A DNA stretch of 64,000 bases, from contig OX597830.1 of assembly GCA_951406725.2 (NCBI GenBank), positions 36,766,001 to 36,830,000 of the forward strand. Direction: 5' to 3'. The notes under the pieces are model-generated. The model worked only from the letters and a program-made list of their open reading frames with translations. It was not told where the DNA came from and did not search any database. The stretch comes from Octopus vulgaris. Lineage: Eukaryota. Position 1 is the first letter of the stretch; each line of letters opens with the position of its first letter. The position numbers and the translations under genes are program-made. Below, in pieces: positions 27,042 to 39,003 of the stretch.

Positions 27042-28157
27042 AGAAAGAAAGAGAAGGACAATAAAAACAGCGCGCGCATGTAAAATATTGTCAGGTACAA
27101 CAGAGGAATTTGATAATAAATAAAATACATATTGTTATTGCCATTTAATATTTCATTCGGTTACCTGTACTTTTATGTTTTTTCCACTTGAAACTACTTT
27201 CCTAAGAAATTCATTGTCATTTTGAATTCCCTCAAACAATTCTGAGTAATTTAATGAGATATTTATTTTGGTAGTCAGAAGGGACCCTTGCTGTGTTTCT
27301 ACTGTATTGCCCATCTCGACCACATATTGCTTACTAAAGAAACAGATGTTTAACTCTTCAGAAATTCCAGGAAGCCAAAAATATATTCAGCAGTATGCTA
27401 GTTTACTTTTTAAAGAAAATATGTATTTCTTTGCAATGATCAAAAGCATTTTTTACTTTAATTTATTGCTTTGTCTTTCCCAAACCTCTGTCCTGGAAAC
27501 CCAGGAGGTTTTTGCAATAATATCTTGAAATAATTCTGTAATGTTTATTACTTGTGTTGCAATTCACTGATTGATTATAACTACAGGCTCTCAGTACTGA
27601 CACAAGATATTCCTCCAGATTTTAACCACTCAAAGTTTTCTTTTCATACGTCATGAAAATTTTTTAACTCTTAAACTTTTCAACGCCTTCACCAATTTCC
27701 TCAAACTTTCTCAGCAAGCCCTTTGCTCTTCGAAACACAAATACAGTTCTTCTTTTGTTCTATATTTGTGCTCACGTTTCGTGTTTCTAGTTTAATATAT
27801 GATGCTTAGTACTTTCCTTTTCAATCAAATCCTTGAATCGAATTGTTGATAACACTGAGCTGTTCATATACAAACCGGAAATGTATTTCGCCAAATCAAA
27901 GAATTTTTTTATCGATTCCGAGCAGAGCAAATAGGAACAAAAGTAAGATTTCAAGCCAGTAAAAATAGAAAGAATTCTTTCAACGGTTGTCCGGATGAAG
28001 TGATTCTGATATTATTATGCTGTGATATCTTTTTGTATTCCATTCTGGCAAAGTCACAAAATCCTTTTAACAATGTTTGACGAAGAGTGTATATGAAAAT
28101 ATTTGGAAATTTGTACAATAAATGCTTCGAAATCCATTATTATGAATTGACAGCTAT

Positions 28158-28292
28158 AGGCGCAAGCGTGGTCGTGTATTAGGGAAGGACGCTTTCCAAC
28201 CACATAATTCAGGTTCAGTCCCATTGCGTGGAACCTTAGGCAAGTTTGTAAATGGATTTGGTGGACGAAAACTGAAAGAAACCCGTCGTATA

Positions 28293-28368
<76 letters not shown>

Positions 28369-28590
28369 AGTATCTTTTAGTCTGTGTTTGTCCCTCTCCC
28401 ATCACCGCTTGACAACCGGAGTTGATTTCTTTATGTCCCCGTAATTTAGCGGTTCGGCAGAAGAGCCCGATAGAATAAATACTAGGCTAAAAAAAGGTCC
28501 TGGGGTTGACTCGTTCGATTAAAAAATCCTTCAAGTGGTACCTAGCATGACCGCAGTGGAATGACCGAAACAAGTAAAAGATAAAAAGCT
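28158..28590 (+). mobile_element. SINE B inserted in the hAT fossil
   Basis: Head, (TA)n and tail present; short acagct duplication-like flanks (acagct / aaagct). Confidence 0.88.
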
Positions 28591-28701
28591 GTTTGGAGAC
28601 AGTTGAGGCTTTTAGCACTTTTGAGGTCTTTTCACTTTATGCTGTCAAAATTTAATTTGAAGTTGTAAGGAAATCCAGCAACTTTTTCCATCAACTCATA
28701 A

Positions 28702-28791
28702 ATCTCAATGGTTGTAAGAAATACATTAGTCAAGTTCTTAGCCATCTCAATGGTTGTAAGAAATACATTAGTCAAGTTCTTAGCCATCTCA
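28702..28791. repeat. Perfect 42-bp tandem duplication (14 codons) within the hAT fossil
   Basis: atctcaatggttgtaagaaatacattagtcaagttcttagcc x2 plus atctca; EMAKNLTNVFLTTI x2 in ORF 28632-28871. Confidence 0.95.
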
Positions 28792-29936
28792 TCTGGAGGA
28801 ATGTGCTTATCCAAAAAATCGATTGTTATCCAGTAATCAAGAACGTAGCATCGAATAACGAAAAGTTCCATTTAAACATATTTTGTTCATAAAATTCGCC
28901 AGTACTGGGTCTGTAGCAAACTAAAATTTAATCACTGGGTTGTTACATTACGGTTTTACACTGGCCTCAAAAAGTTTTGAGAAAAAAAAAAAACTAATGC
29001 TCAAAATCTTTTCCTATCAGCTTTGACGAAGAGTAAATAAAATGCTTCGAAACTGAAGCAAAAAAATTAACTTTAGCAAGAACGAAAAATATCAATTCCA
29101 TTATTTCTGATTTTTAATAGAAGTATCAGATCATGGTGAATTAAGCAACAACACTCACATTTGCCCCCTGAGATAGAAAATGGTATTGAATACCCCACCT
29201 ACCTCCATGCATCACATCGAACCGTGATAACATTTTATCCAGTTCACAAAATTTCTGTTACAAAAGTGTACAGCAGTCATTTTTTAGTTCTTTCTTAACT
29301 CTACACGCCCATTTGGGTATTGTAAAAACAATTCAATTTTTTTTGCATAAATGAATCAGTGTCAAAATATGAAATATGTATGAAATGTCAAAGTGAAATA
29401 TGAAATATTTATCAAAATTGGTTTATTCATTGACATGTAAAACTTCACCGTGACTCCGTAGAGTTAATAATATAGCAAGAAAAATATGTATTTTACATCA
29501 ACGATCAAGTATGACAAATCGAATTATTTATTCATGAAACACTAAAAACAGTTCATTCTTAATGAAACCAAAATCCATACTAACTATGTATGTGTATACA
29601 CAGTAAAAATGTGAATTCTCATAGGAGATACTGTATGTTCATATAAGTGTAAGAAAATAGAAAAAAAATGAATTTGCCTAAAATTCAGCTGTTTTGTCTG
29701 TTTACTTTGCTTGGTTGATACAGAGCAAAAGATAAACACAAAAACAGAGTAAGGGTGAGAGATTTACAGGTTAATTGTGAGCAGTATCAAAGAAAAGCAA
29801 CAGAGCAGAAAGAAAGATAGCCAGACTAATTGGAAAAAGGTTGTAGGTGAACTCCAAGAGATATGTGGGGGGGGGGGGGGCGAAAGAGTGGAAATGAGGA
29901 CGATGTATGTACGCACTGGAATATGTACATTATATG

Positions 29937-30315
29937 TGGAAGCACTCCGTCGGTTACGACGACGAGGGTTCCGGTTGATCCGAATCAACGGAACAGCCTG
30001 CTCGTGAAATTAACGTGTAAGTGGCTGAGCACTCCACAGACACGTGTACCCTTAACGTAATTCTCGGGGATATTCAGCGTGACACAGAGAGTGACAAGGC
30101 CGGCCCTTTGAAATACAGGTACAACAGAAACAGGAAGTAAGAGTGAGAGAAAGTTGTGGTGAAAGAGTACAGCAGGGATCACCACCATCCCCTGCCGGAG
30201 CCTCGTGGAGCTTTAGGTGTTTTCGCTCAATAAACACTCACAACGCCCGGTCTGGGAATCGAAACCGCGATCCTACGACCGCGAGTCCGCTGCCCTAACC
30301 ACTGAGCCATTGCGC
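29937..30315 (-). mobile_element. SINE C copy
   Basis: Near-identical reverse complement of 48536-48928. Confidence 0.95.
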
Positions 30316-30329
30316 TAGCCAATATTCAG

Positions 30330-32231
30330 CTTCCTTATAGTTTGTGTAATCACTATTGGGTTGTCATTCGTGATGCTAAACCAGACTACGAGCAGCACAT
30401 TCACGATCGTCGTATATCATCCCAGAGAGTAGGCTCTCGTGATTTCTGGAGAATTATTAAAAGTGTTAGAGGTAACAATAAGTCTTCTATTCCTCCTTTA
30501 TTCAACGGACCTGAGGTCCTGACAACATCTAATGATAAAGCAGAGCTCTTTGCTCAGCTGTTTAGTTCTCACTCAATTCTCGACGGCTCCGGTCATCCAC
30601 TTCTTAATGCTTTACTCAAAACTGATAAATTGTCACGCAGTAGTCATATTACTTCTGCTAAGTTTGCAGCCATTATGGCACAGTTGGATCCTAGTAAAGC
30701 AACTGGACCTGATGGCATTCCAGTCACTGCTCTTCAGAAGTGCTCTCCTGGGTTGTCTTCTGTCTTATCTAGGCTCTTCCGAAAGTGTATCTCAGAATCT
30801 TGTTTTCCTTCTTTATGGAAATTCTCAACTGTTGTTCTCGTCTTTATAAATAGTGGTGATCGATATAATCCTCGTAATTATGGACCAATTAGTTTACTAC
30901 TAATCATCAGTAAGGTTTTTGAGTCCTTGATTAATGACTCTCTTGTAAAATATCTAGACTCAAATTGTTTATTCTCCGACTCTTCAATACGGTTTCCGTG
31001 CCGTACGGTCTATTGCTGATCTTCTCGCTGATATATCCGAGCGTGTTTATCGTGCCTTGAATGTATATGGTCAAGCTAGGGTAGTTACTCTTGATATCTC
31101 TCAGGTATTTGATAGGGTTTGGCATACTGAATTTCTATGAAAATTCCAATCCCTTGGTGTGTCAGGTTTCATACTGAACATATCCCCTCTTTCCTTTATG
31201 ACCGTAGGATCAAGGTTGTTCTTGATAGTCAATCTTCATCTAGTTATTCTATTAATGCTGGGTTTCCTCAAGGATCTGTCCTGGGCCCAACTCTCTTCTT
31301 TTTATCAATGATCTACCTGATCATATCATCTGTCAGCTAGCAAAATATGCTGGTGGCTCTACTTTGTACTCTTGTTTGGACAAATCTGATGACTTGTCTA
31401 ATAAGGTTGAGATCGCTGCTAACCTTGAGAATGATCTTCGATCTATTGTTGAGTGGGGTAGGAATGACTTGTAACGTTTAATCCATCGAAAACTAAACTT
31501 ATTTCAATTAACCGCTCCAGACATCCTTTCTTGCCATCGGTTTCGATGGATGGTATTGACTTACCTTTGTCTCTTAGTAGTGACTTTCTGTAATGATTTT
31601 TCTTGGTGGGCTTACATTGAATCTATTGCCAAATAGGCTGCAATGAAAGTAGGATCACTCCTTCGTTTGAGGAGTTATCTCACTCCTGAGATTATTCTTT
31701 ATCTTTATAAGTTCACCATTCGCTCCCGAATTGAGTACTGTTGTCATGCAGGAGCAGGCGCTCCTGCAGATTGTTTAATTCTGTTGGACTGCATTCAATT
31801 CTGTATTTGTAATACTATTGGTCCTAATCGATCTTCTAAATTAGATTTACTCACTCATCATCGTCGCGTGGTTTCCTTGTCTCTTTTCTATAAGTATTTT
31901 CATGGACATTGTTCAGCTGAGCTCCCGTCTCTGGTTCCTCCTTTAATAACTTATCAGCAATCAACTAGACTTGCATCCACTTCTCATCAGAGTTCTGTGC
32001 AACCTCCTAAGTGTCGTAAAACACTTTACAGTACCAGTTTCTTCCCTCTCACTTCTGAACTTTATAATTCTCTTCCACAGGCTTGTTTTCATCTTCAATG
32101 TGGCATCCAGTCTTTGAAGTCTAAAGTACATCGTCACCTATTGACTTATGTTTATCGTCCATTTTATTCTAGCAGCTCTTACGTTTTCAGTGGTCTAAGG
32201 ACCTTGTAACGAACGAAAGCTTAAAAAAATA
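30330..32231 (+). mobile_element. 5'-truncated CR1/Jockey-group LINE, decayed reverse transcriptase
   Basis: DFWRI, KAELFA, KATGPDGIP, FPSLWK, NY.PISLL.IISKVFE, QYGFR, LDIS..FDRVWH, PQGSVLGPTLF, YAGG in place of YADD (31346-31357), EYCCH, SFFP.T..LYNSLP, A-rich end. Confidence 0.93.
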
Positions 32232-32308
32232 AAATCCAACTCTATGTTAAAAACAAAGTTATTTCAATTCCAGTTTCCTTACAAGCTGGCCATTAAGTTT
32301 TAATCACC

Positions 32309-32405
<97 letters not shown>

Positions 32406-32803
32406 TACAGACGCATGATCATATGTATGCATGTCTCTGTGTATGGGAGTATAATTCGGTGATACTGTAAAGGAAGTGTTTTGCGAATGAAATTCCTTGT
32501 GATAGTGTTCTTTACACCGGGTTAGAAACGTGTTCACCAATCTCACCACCAGATTGCAATGAGCGGATAATTAATGAAAACATGTAACCACCGACGATTG
32601 TTCACGAATTTTGGTACAAGAACAATAGTTTCGGATGAAGGGGAAAGTTGACTACATCGATCCCAGTGCTCAGCTGGTACCTATTTCATCGATCCTGTAA
32701 ACAGCGATAAAACATTAGAAAAATATTGGCTATCTCATATAAGCTAGTTAAAACAAAATGACTATGCGGCAGCATTTCATAAACAAACTTTGAAAGCGTC
32801 GAA

Positions 32804-33246
32804 TGTAGTCGGTATTTGGCAGAAAATAAAATAAATTTCGAGCGCAGTAAAACAGTAAGAATAGCAGAGAAGGATGGGGGATAAAAAGAAAAGTTGCCAG
32901 AAGATACGCTAGAGGAATCTAAGCCGTAGCACTCAGTTATCGGTTGAGTGCTTTAACCATGTTGTGTTTGTGGTGTTATGGGATGTGATGAGCTATGTGG
33001 TGTTGGCGGAGAGGATTGCAGATGAGGTAGACGGAAGTGAAGACTGCAGGGGCCGGTGGAACAACCACGGGGCATGCGTGGGCAGGAAGCACGTGCGGGC
33101 AGTTCGACGAGAGACGGCAGCGTGCAAGGACGTGTTTATTTCTTGACAGTGATCGCTCATCCCGCCTAGGTCAATAGGTAAGGTCTCTGTATTTCTTTCT
33201 CCCGTTTGCTTCCTTTTCTGCTGTCGTTTTCCGCCATTACACTACA
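32804..33246. mobile_element. Putative solo LTR
   Basis: 443-bp segment with a GC-rich interior, bounded by TGTAGT...ACTACA, with AATAAA on the minus strand at ~33135. No TSD visible. Confidence 0.45.
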
Positions 33247-34382
33247 AACCATGAAGCTAAACAAACCCTGATCGCATTAGTAATAAATTTTAATACTAAA
33301 TAACAGCTTTCGAATGTGACAACATTTTATAAACAGACTTTGTAAGCATCGAATGTGTATGAAAATACCAATTTTTCTCCTTCGGACGTAATCCTCCTCA
33401 GACAAAAAAAAAAAAAACAAAAAAAAAATGTTCTTCTATTAGTTTTATGCAGTGAAGAAAAAGGAAAATGCTAATATTTATTCATTTCCGAAGCTAAGTA
33501 AAATAAGTCGAAATTAGATTCAGAATTTTAGTCTTTTCACTCAACTCTACGATGCTTCTTGAATGTGATTATGTAAAAGATCAATATATGTTTTTAAAGA
33601 AAAAAATACATAGAAAATAATTACACAGTAGGAATTACTGTTTCTACTTCTAGCATAATTACTCCCGTCTAGTGGAATTTGATCTAATCCAAACTTGAAT
33701 AAAAACAGGCGCCTTCGTTTTAAAAGCAATGCTCCTGGAGCAAGTTCTTTCATTAAAACTCACTGAACACCGCAGATATGAATAGCATTTGTTGTTATTG
33801 CTAATGCACCTGTTCCTCCATATATGACAGCTATTACTATTCATGTACTTGACATTCAATTAAAATTTCTGTTGTTTCTCGTTTTCTTTTTTATCGTTTT
33901 GTAGACTTTTTCTTAAGGTAATAAAATTGCGAACTCACTCTAATTCCACTCAGGAACTGGAGTGATTAATTCGATAATTTTCTTCTCTCACTCATACCAC
34001 AGGGGAAAATATCAAAGTTTTCCAGAAGAGCGAATTCAATGGTTTAGATCTTTTACTCTAAACATACAATTATTTTAAGTTCATGAAAAAAAAAACAAAA
34101 ACAAAAAAAAAACACACACAAACAAAAACCCTTGCTTGAAAGATTAAAGACGATCTTGCTGAGTCGCTAAGATATATCCACTCGTTTACACCGAACGTTT
34201 ATCCGCAAAGAAAGAAAGAAAGAAGGTAGAAATGCGAAAAGCAAACAGGTCCATTAGGTACATTGAAGTTGTTTTTAGTTTCATTCCTTCTTATTCTATA
34301 TTCTAATCTCATCGGAATAGAATTTTTCTTAGAATGTCCCGGGGTCGGTAAAGCAATTTGCATTACACACACACACACACAC

Positions 34383-34422
<40 letters not shown>

Positions 34423-34464
34423 CTTTTTTACCATTTTTTACCCCTCTGCGAAAAGATCTCAGAA

Positions 34465-34503
<39 letters not shown>

Positions 34504-34708
34504 TTTTTTTTTTTGCTTGTCCTGTTCCTTGGTTTGTGTCTATGTTTTTCGTCTCTCTATGTGTTCGACGTCTTTTTGGTATCCTGTACACATATATGCG
34601 TGTATATGTACATGTAGAGGTAGGTACGTACATATATGTTTATATATATGCATATGTTCTATTTTATTAACATATATATATATATATATGTGCGTGTGTG
34701 TGTGTATA

Positions 34709-35577
34709 CGTAGTTTGATCAATAAGTATCCGGACTTTCCATAGTAACAAAGTTAAAGCACTCAGAGTAAAGCGGTTTGGCGCAGATTGACCTTGAACTC
34801 TGCTGTGAATGTATACTAAGTTTTAACGTTCTAGCTCACTTCCACGGCTTACAGCAGTGCTTGAAGTAACGTGCGTAGCGTGTGATCGTTCATTGACCAG
34901 GACAGAAAAAGTTAAGTAGAGAATCTGCATCAACTTTTGCAAAAACCTTGGTGATACCTGCTCAGAGGCCCATGCAAAGTTTTCAGTAGGCTTTCATCGT
35001 TCTCGACACAGCCTGGTAGATCTTGTACAACTGAATCCTGGGTGTCTTTTCGGTCAGCTGAAAGCAGTTTTGGCACACAAACTTGGCAGACAACCACCTC
35101 ATACCCAAATCTTCAGTGATAATGGACTGAACTGAACCGTAGCTAATCTGGACATCCTCTGATAACTCACGGATAGTGATTCAACGATTTTTTCCTCACA
35201 GCTGCACGCACATCCGCGATGTTTTTCTCAGTTCTACTGGTTACTGTTCTCCCACAACGTTTTTCAATATCGGCCATTTTTCGGCCATCTTGGAAACGTC
35301 TGAACCACACGTACACTTGTGTGCGGCTCGTACACTTCACGCCATACACTTTCGGCAACTTTGCATAGGCCTCTGAATAGGTATCGCCATGACAACTTTC
35401 TTTGTCATGGTCAATGCGACGATTAGACGCTACACACCTTCCTTCTAAGCACTGCTGTAAACAGCAGAAGTGAGCTAGAACGTTAAAATTCAGTGCACAT
35501 GCACAGCAGAGTTCGAGATCAATCTTTGCCAAGCGACTTTATTCTGCATACTTTCGCTTCATTACTATCAGACCTCG
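34709..35577. mobile_element. Mariner-derived fold-back element with two 5' ends
   Basis: TA-flanked termini cgtagtttgat / atcagacctcg; ~34750-34981 is a diverged inverted copy of ~35357-35560. Minus strand encodes KVYG...SRTQVY.WF.RFQDGR...ITIRELSEDVQISYGSVQSIITEDLGMR..SAKFVPKLLS. Confidence 0.87.
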
Positions 35578-35582
35578 TATAT

Positions 35583-35646
<64 letters not shown>

Positions 35647-35652
<6 letters not shown>

Positions 35653-35856
35653 ACTCTTTTACTTGTTTCAGTCATGTGACTGTCGCCATGCTGGAGCACC
35701 GCCTTTAGTCGAACAAATAGACCCTAGGACTTTGTAAGCCTAGTACTTATTCTATCGGTCTCTTTTGCCGAACTGCTAAGTTACGGGGACGTAAACACAC
35801 CAGCATCGGCTGTCAAGCGATGTTTGGGGTACAAACACAGACACACAAACGCATAG

Positions 35857-35897
<41 letters not shown>

Positions 35898-36050
35898 CAT
35901 ATATATGACGGGCGTCTTTCAGTTTTCGTCTACCAAATCCACTCACAAGGCTTTGGTCGGCCCGAGGCTATAGTAGAAGACACTTGCCCACGGTGTCACG
36001 CTTATCAACCATGTGGTTGATAAGCAAGCTACTTACCACACAGCTACTCT
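35647..36050 (-). mobile_element. Full-length SINE B
   Basis: Tail ctcttttactcttttacttgtttcagtca; head cttaccacacagctactc. Confidence 0.92.
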
Positions 36051-36850
36051 CTATATATTACATATATATATAATATATATGTTTTATGCACGTGTGTGTC
36101 TATTTATTGATGTTAGCACAAAGCATTTAATTACATTTCTCTATATTTTGCACCTAGCCCACTAGAGTAAATTTTCCTGATACGCCCGCTCAGTACATTT
36201 ACACCAAAAAGCGCGCATGATTAGCAATTTAAAGTTTATTCAATCGATAACATACACCTACTCCAATCGCCTTTATAAAATATATGTGCATAAAACACAT
36301 ACTTTCGACAAGTCACAAAAAATGCTGTTGTGGGGAGCTAGATGTATCAGAAAAACTTTCTAATATTCTCCAACAAGAATATTAAAGAGTAATAGGAAGC
36401 GTAATTTAGGTAAAGAAAACCTAGATGTTTTATATTCAAGAAGAAAGACAGGTGAGATAACCACAGAACGCTTTCTATCGCAGAGCTAAATAATGAGGTC
36501 TACCCATGTGTGTATGTATGTATGTATGTATGTGTGTGTGTGTTTCACTTAGGCGTAGCGATACCTATAACCTTCTGTTAGTAGTCAATATACATAAGCT
36601 TAATTTCTGAAGCTCCGACGAGGCAATAAGGTGATATATAAGCCTGAAATATGAGTGCATTGCATCTAATGCCAGAAACAGGTGTAAGCTAATGACGTTT
36701 GTTACAAAACGTTTTGTTCCCTTGTCATGTATATATACATATTTGTATGAATATATAAACATATAAACACACAAACTCAATTTCGTACACTGTGTCTATA
36801 TCATAAATATATATTTACGCTCTCTATCTCTCTCCATTTTCTCCTGTATG

Positions 36851-36884
<34 letters not shown>

Positions 36885-36973
36885 CACACACACACTCACA
36901 TTATAATATCAAGGAATAATGTAATGCTTAAAGGTTAATACATTTCCAACCAGAAGACAGGCTTAATTAAGTG

Positions 36974-37009
<36 letters not shown>

Positions 37010-37013
<4 letters not shown>

Positions 37014-37200
37014 GGGAGAGTTTACGAAATAAACAACAAAAGACGAAGACAGGTGGTGTACAAAACAAACAGATGTATTAGTATAACGCTCAGGAATAGA
37101 AAAAGTCTTTTATGTTTCGAGCCTACGCTCTTCTACAGAAAGGGACACAGAAAACGAGGAGAGAAAAAAATGTGTATAGTGGCTAACGATCTATCATGCC

Positions 37201-37201
<1 letters not shown>
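37010..37201 (-). mobile_element. Short (TA)n-embedded element with variant hammerhead-like motif (37107-37142)
   Basis: Minus strand cttt CTGTAGA a gagc-gtag-gctc GAAA CA TA aaag; stems I and II perfect, core non-canonical. Confidence 0.5.
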
Positions 37202-37279
<78 letters not shown>

Positions 37280-37652
37280 ACGTATATATACACATGTATC
37301 AGTTTATATTCCTGCATGTTATATTTTAATAATTACTGTTATCTTTATATATTAATATATTTTATATGTATAGCATAAGTTATACATGTATGTATATTCT
37401 TGTAATTGTCATTTTAGTAAATAAATAAATAAGTTGACATAATATAATGTCTAAAAGTTGATGAACCACCTATTGATCCCCTCCATTTTCTTATCGCTCT
37501 CTCTCTCTCTCTCTCTATCTTTCCATCTATATCTATCTATATATCTATATATATATATATATATAATAATTATTAATATTGGAGGGAATAAAATCCAAAA
37601 CTTGCAAGGAAAAAAAAATTCAATTTAGAAATACTAAATCAAATTTCACGCA

Positions 37653-37709
<57 letters not shown>

Positions 37710-37710
37710 C

Positions 37711-37939
37711 AAATTAGAAAAAAACCCCACCTTTAATCAATTCAAAATGAACAATTAAATTACACCATCTAGAAAATTACATATAATAGAAATATTAACA
37801 TTAAAATAATTATTTTGTAATTTACTTAATCTTTGACATTTCATTGTTATTTTAATGTTAATATTTCTATTATATGTAATTTTCTAGATGGTGTTATTTA
37901 ATCGTTCATTTTGAATTGATAAAAGGTGTTTTTTTTCTA

Positions 37940-37943
<4 letters not shown>
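37711..37943. repeat. AT-rich ~100-bp-arm inverted repeat flanked by (TA)n
   Basis: caccatctagaaaattacatataatagaaatattaacattaaaataa / ttattttaatgttaatatttctattatatgtaattttctagatggtg. Confidence 0.92.
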
Positions 37944-37980
<37 letters not shown>

Positions 37981-38219
37981 GTATTTTCTATCCAAATATA
38001 CTTACACACACATTTACACACATACACACATACATACGCGCACACATACGAATATAGTGACTAGTGTGTAAGAAAACACTGTCGAATACAAAGAAATAGA
38101 GACAAGAGCACGGAGAGTTACAAATAATTGTAAAGAAACATGTATATAAATGCTAACGAGCAAACGTAATTATCTTCCTAAAAATATATGTATATATACA
38201 TATTTAAATACATATACAT

Positions 38220-38560
38220 CATTAGGTTGGTCTACTGTTCCAAGGCAGTTAACTTTTTCGATACAACTCGTTTTCCTGATTAATCTAAAATCTTTTAATT
38301 TTAATGAGAAATTTTCTAGCGAAATAGGTTCAGCGTCATCAGATACTAACCCTATATGCAATAAGTCCCTTAAGCGTAGCAGATTAGATGATAAAGTCGA
38401 TTACATATCGCCAACTTCCTCATCAATTATAGCTCCCCATATAGGAAAAGAAGTATTATGTAGTTTAATCCATCGTAATTCGCTTTAGGAAAAATACGGT
38501 AATCAAAATCTTTATAATTTCTCTCAGAACACATTCTTCGTTAGGAAATGTTTTACAAAA
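38220..38560 (-). mobile_element. Possible PLE GIY-YIG C-terminal remnant
   Basis: SELRWIKLHNTSFP(x)YG...DEEVGD resembles the E..WI..L.T..P.G.N motif that ends PLE GIY-YIG domains. Short and broken. Confidence 0.3.
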
Positions 38561-38921
38561 ACAAATAAAATTTCCTGCTTTACCTACAATAACTTTTGAC
38601 ACGTCATCACAATTCATGTAAAAGTTGACGTAAACGCGTTACTCGGATTTGTCTGCCGTCTAAAAAACAAAACACAAAAAACAACAGACACACAAAACAA
38701 CAACCGGTTTTGGTCTAACACAGCGTTAGAAAATCTCGGGCAATAACTGACCCCCATCTAAATAGCAAGAAGGCTGTCTTAGAGAATGAGTCCCTACAAT
38801 AGATCCCCACACACTTCTTTCGGTTTTCGAGGTCTCTGAAATAGGTACCAGTCAAGCACTGGGGTCGATGTAATCGTCTATTCCTTGACTCGAAATTTCA
38901 GGTCTTGTGCCTACAGTGGAA

Positions 38922-39003
<82 letters not shown>

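Larger units (their letters stand above)
27176..29348 (-). pseudogene. Fossil hAT-superfamily transposase (many frameshifts and stops), interrupted by SINE B
   Basis: Manual minus-strand translation across frames: IDFLD...DEMAKNL...YELMEKVAGF..N...NF (first catalytic region); MDFEAFIVQISKYFHI.TLRQ..LKGFCDFARMEYKKI; VERILSIFTGLKSYF; C-terminal AEYIFWLPGIS...SLVSNMWS...FLRKVVSSGKT* (hAT dimerisation-like). TIRs not found. Confidence 0.78.

Noticed and set aside
30580-31357. A>G changes in conserved LINE codons (YADD to YAGG, ELS to GLS, LDD to LDG) as an ADAR hyper-editing scar
   Set aside because: Ancestral states are only inferred, many other substitution types occur, and these adenosines have a 5' G, which ADAR disfavours.
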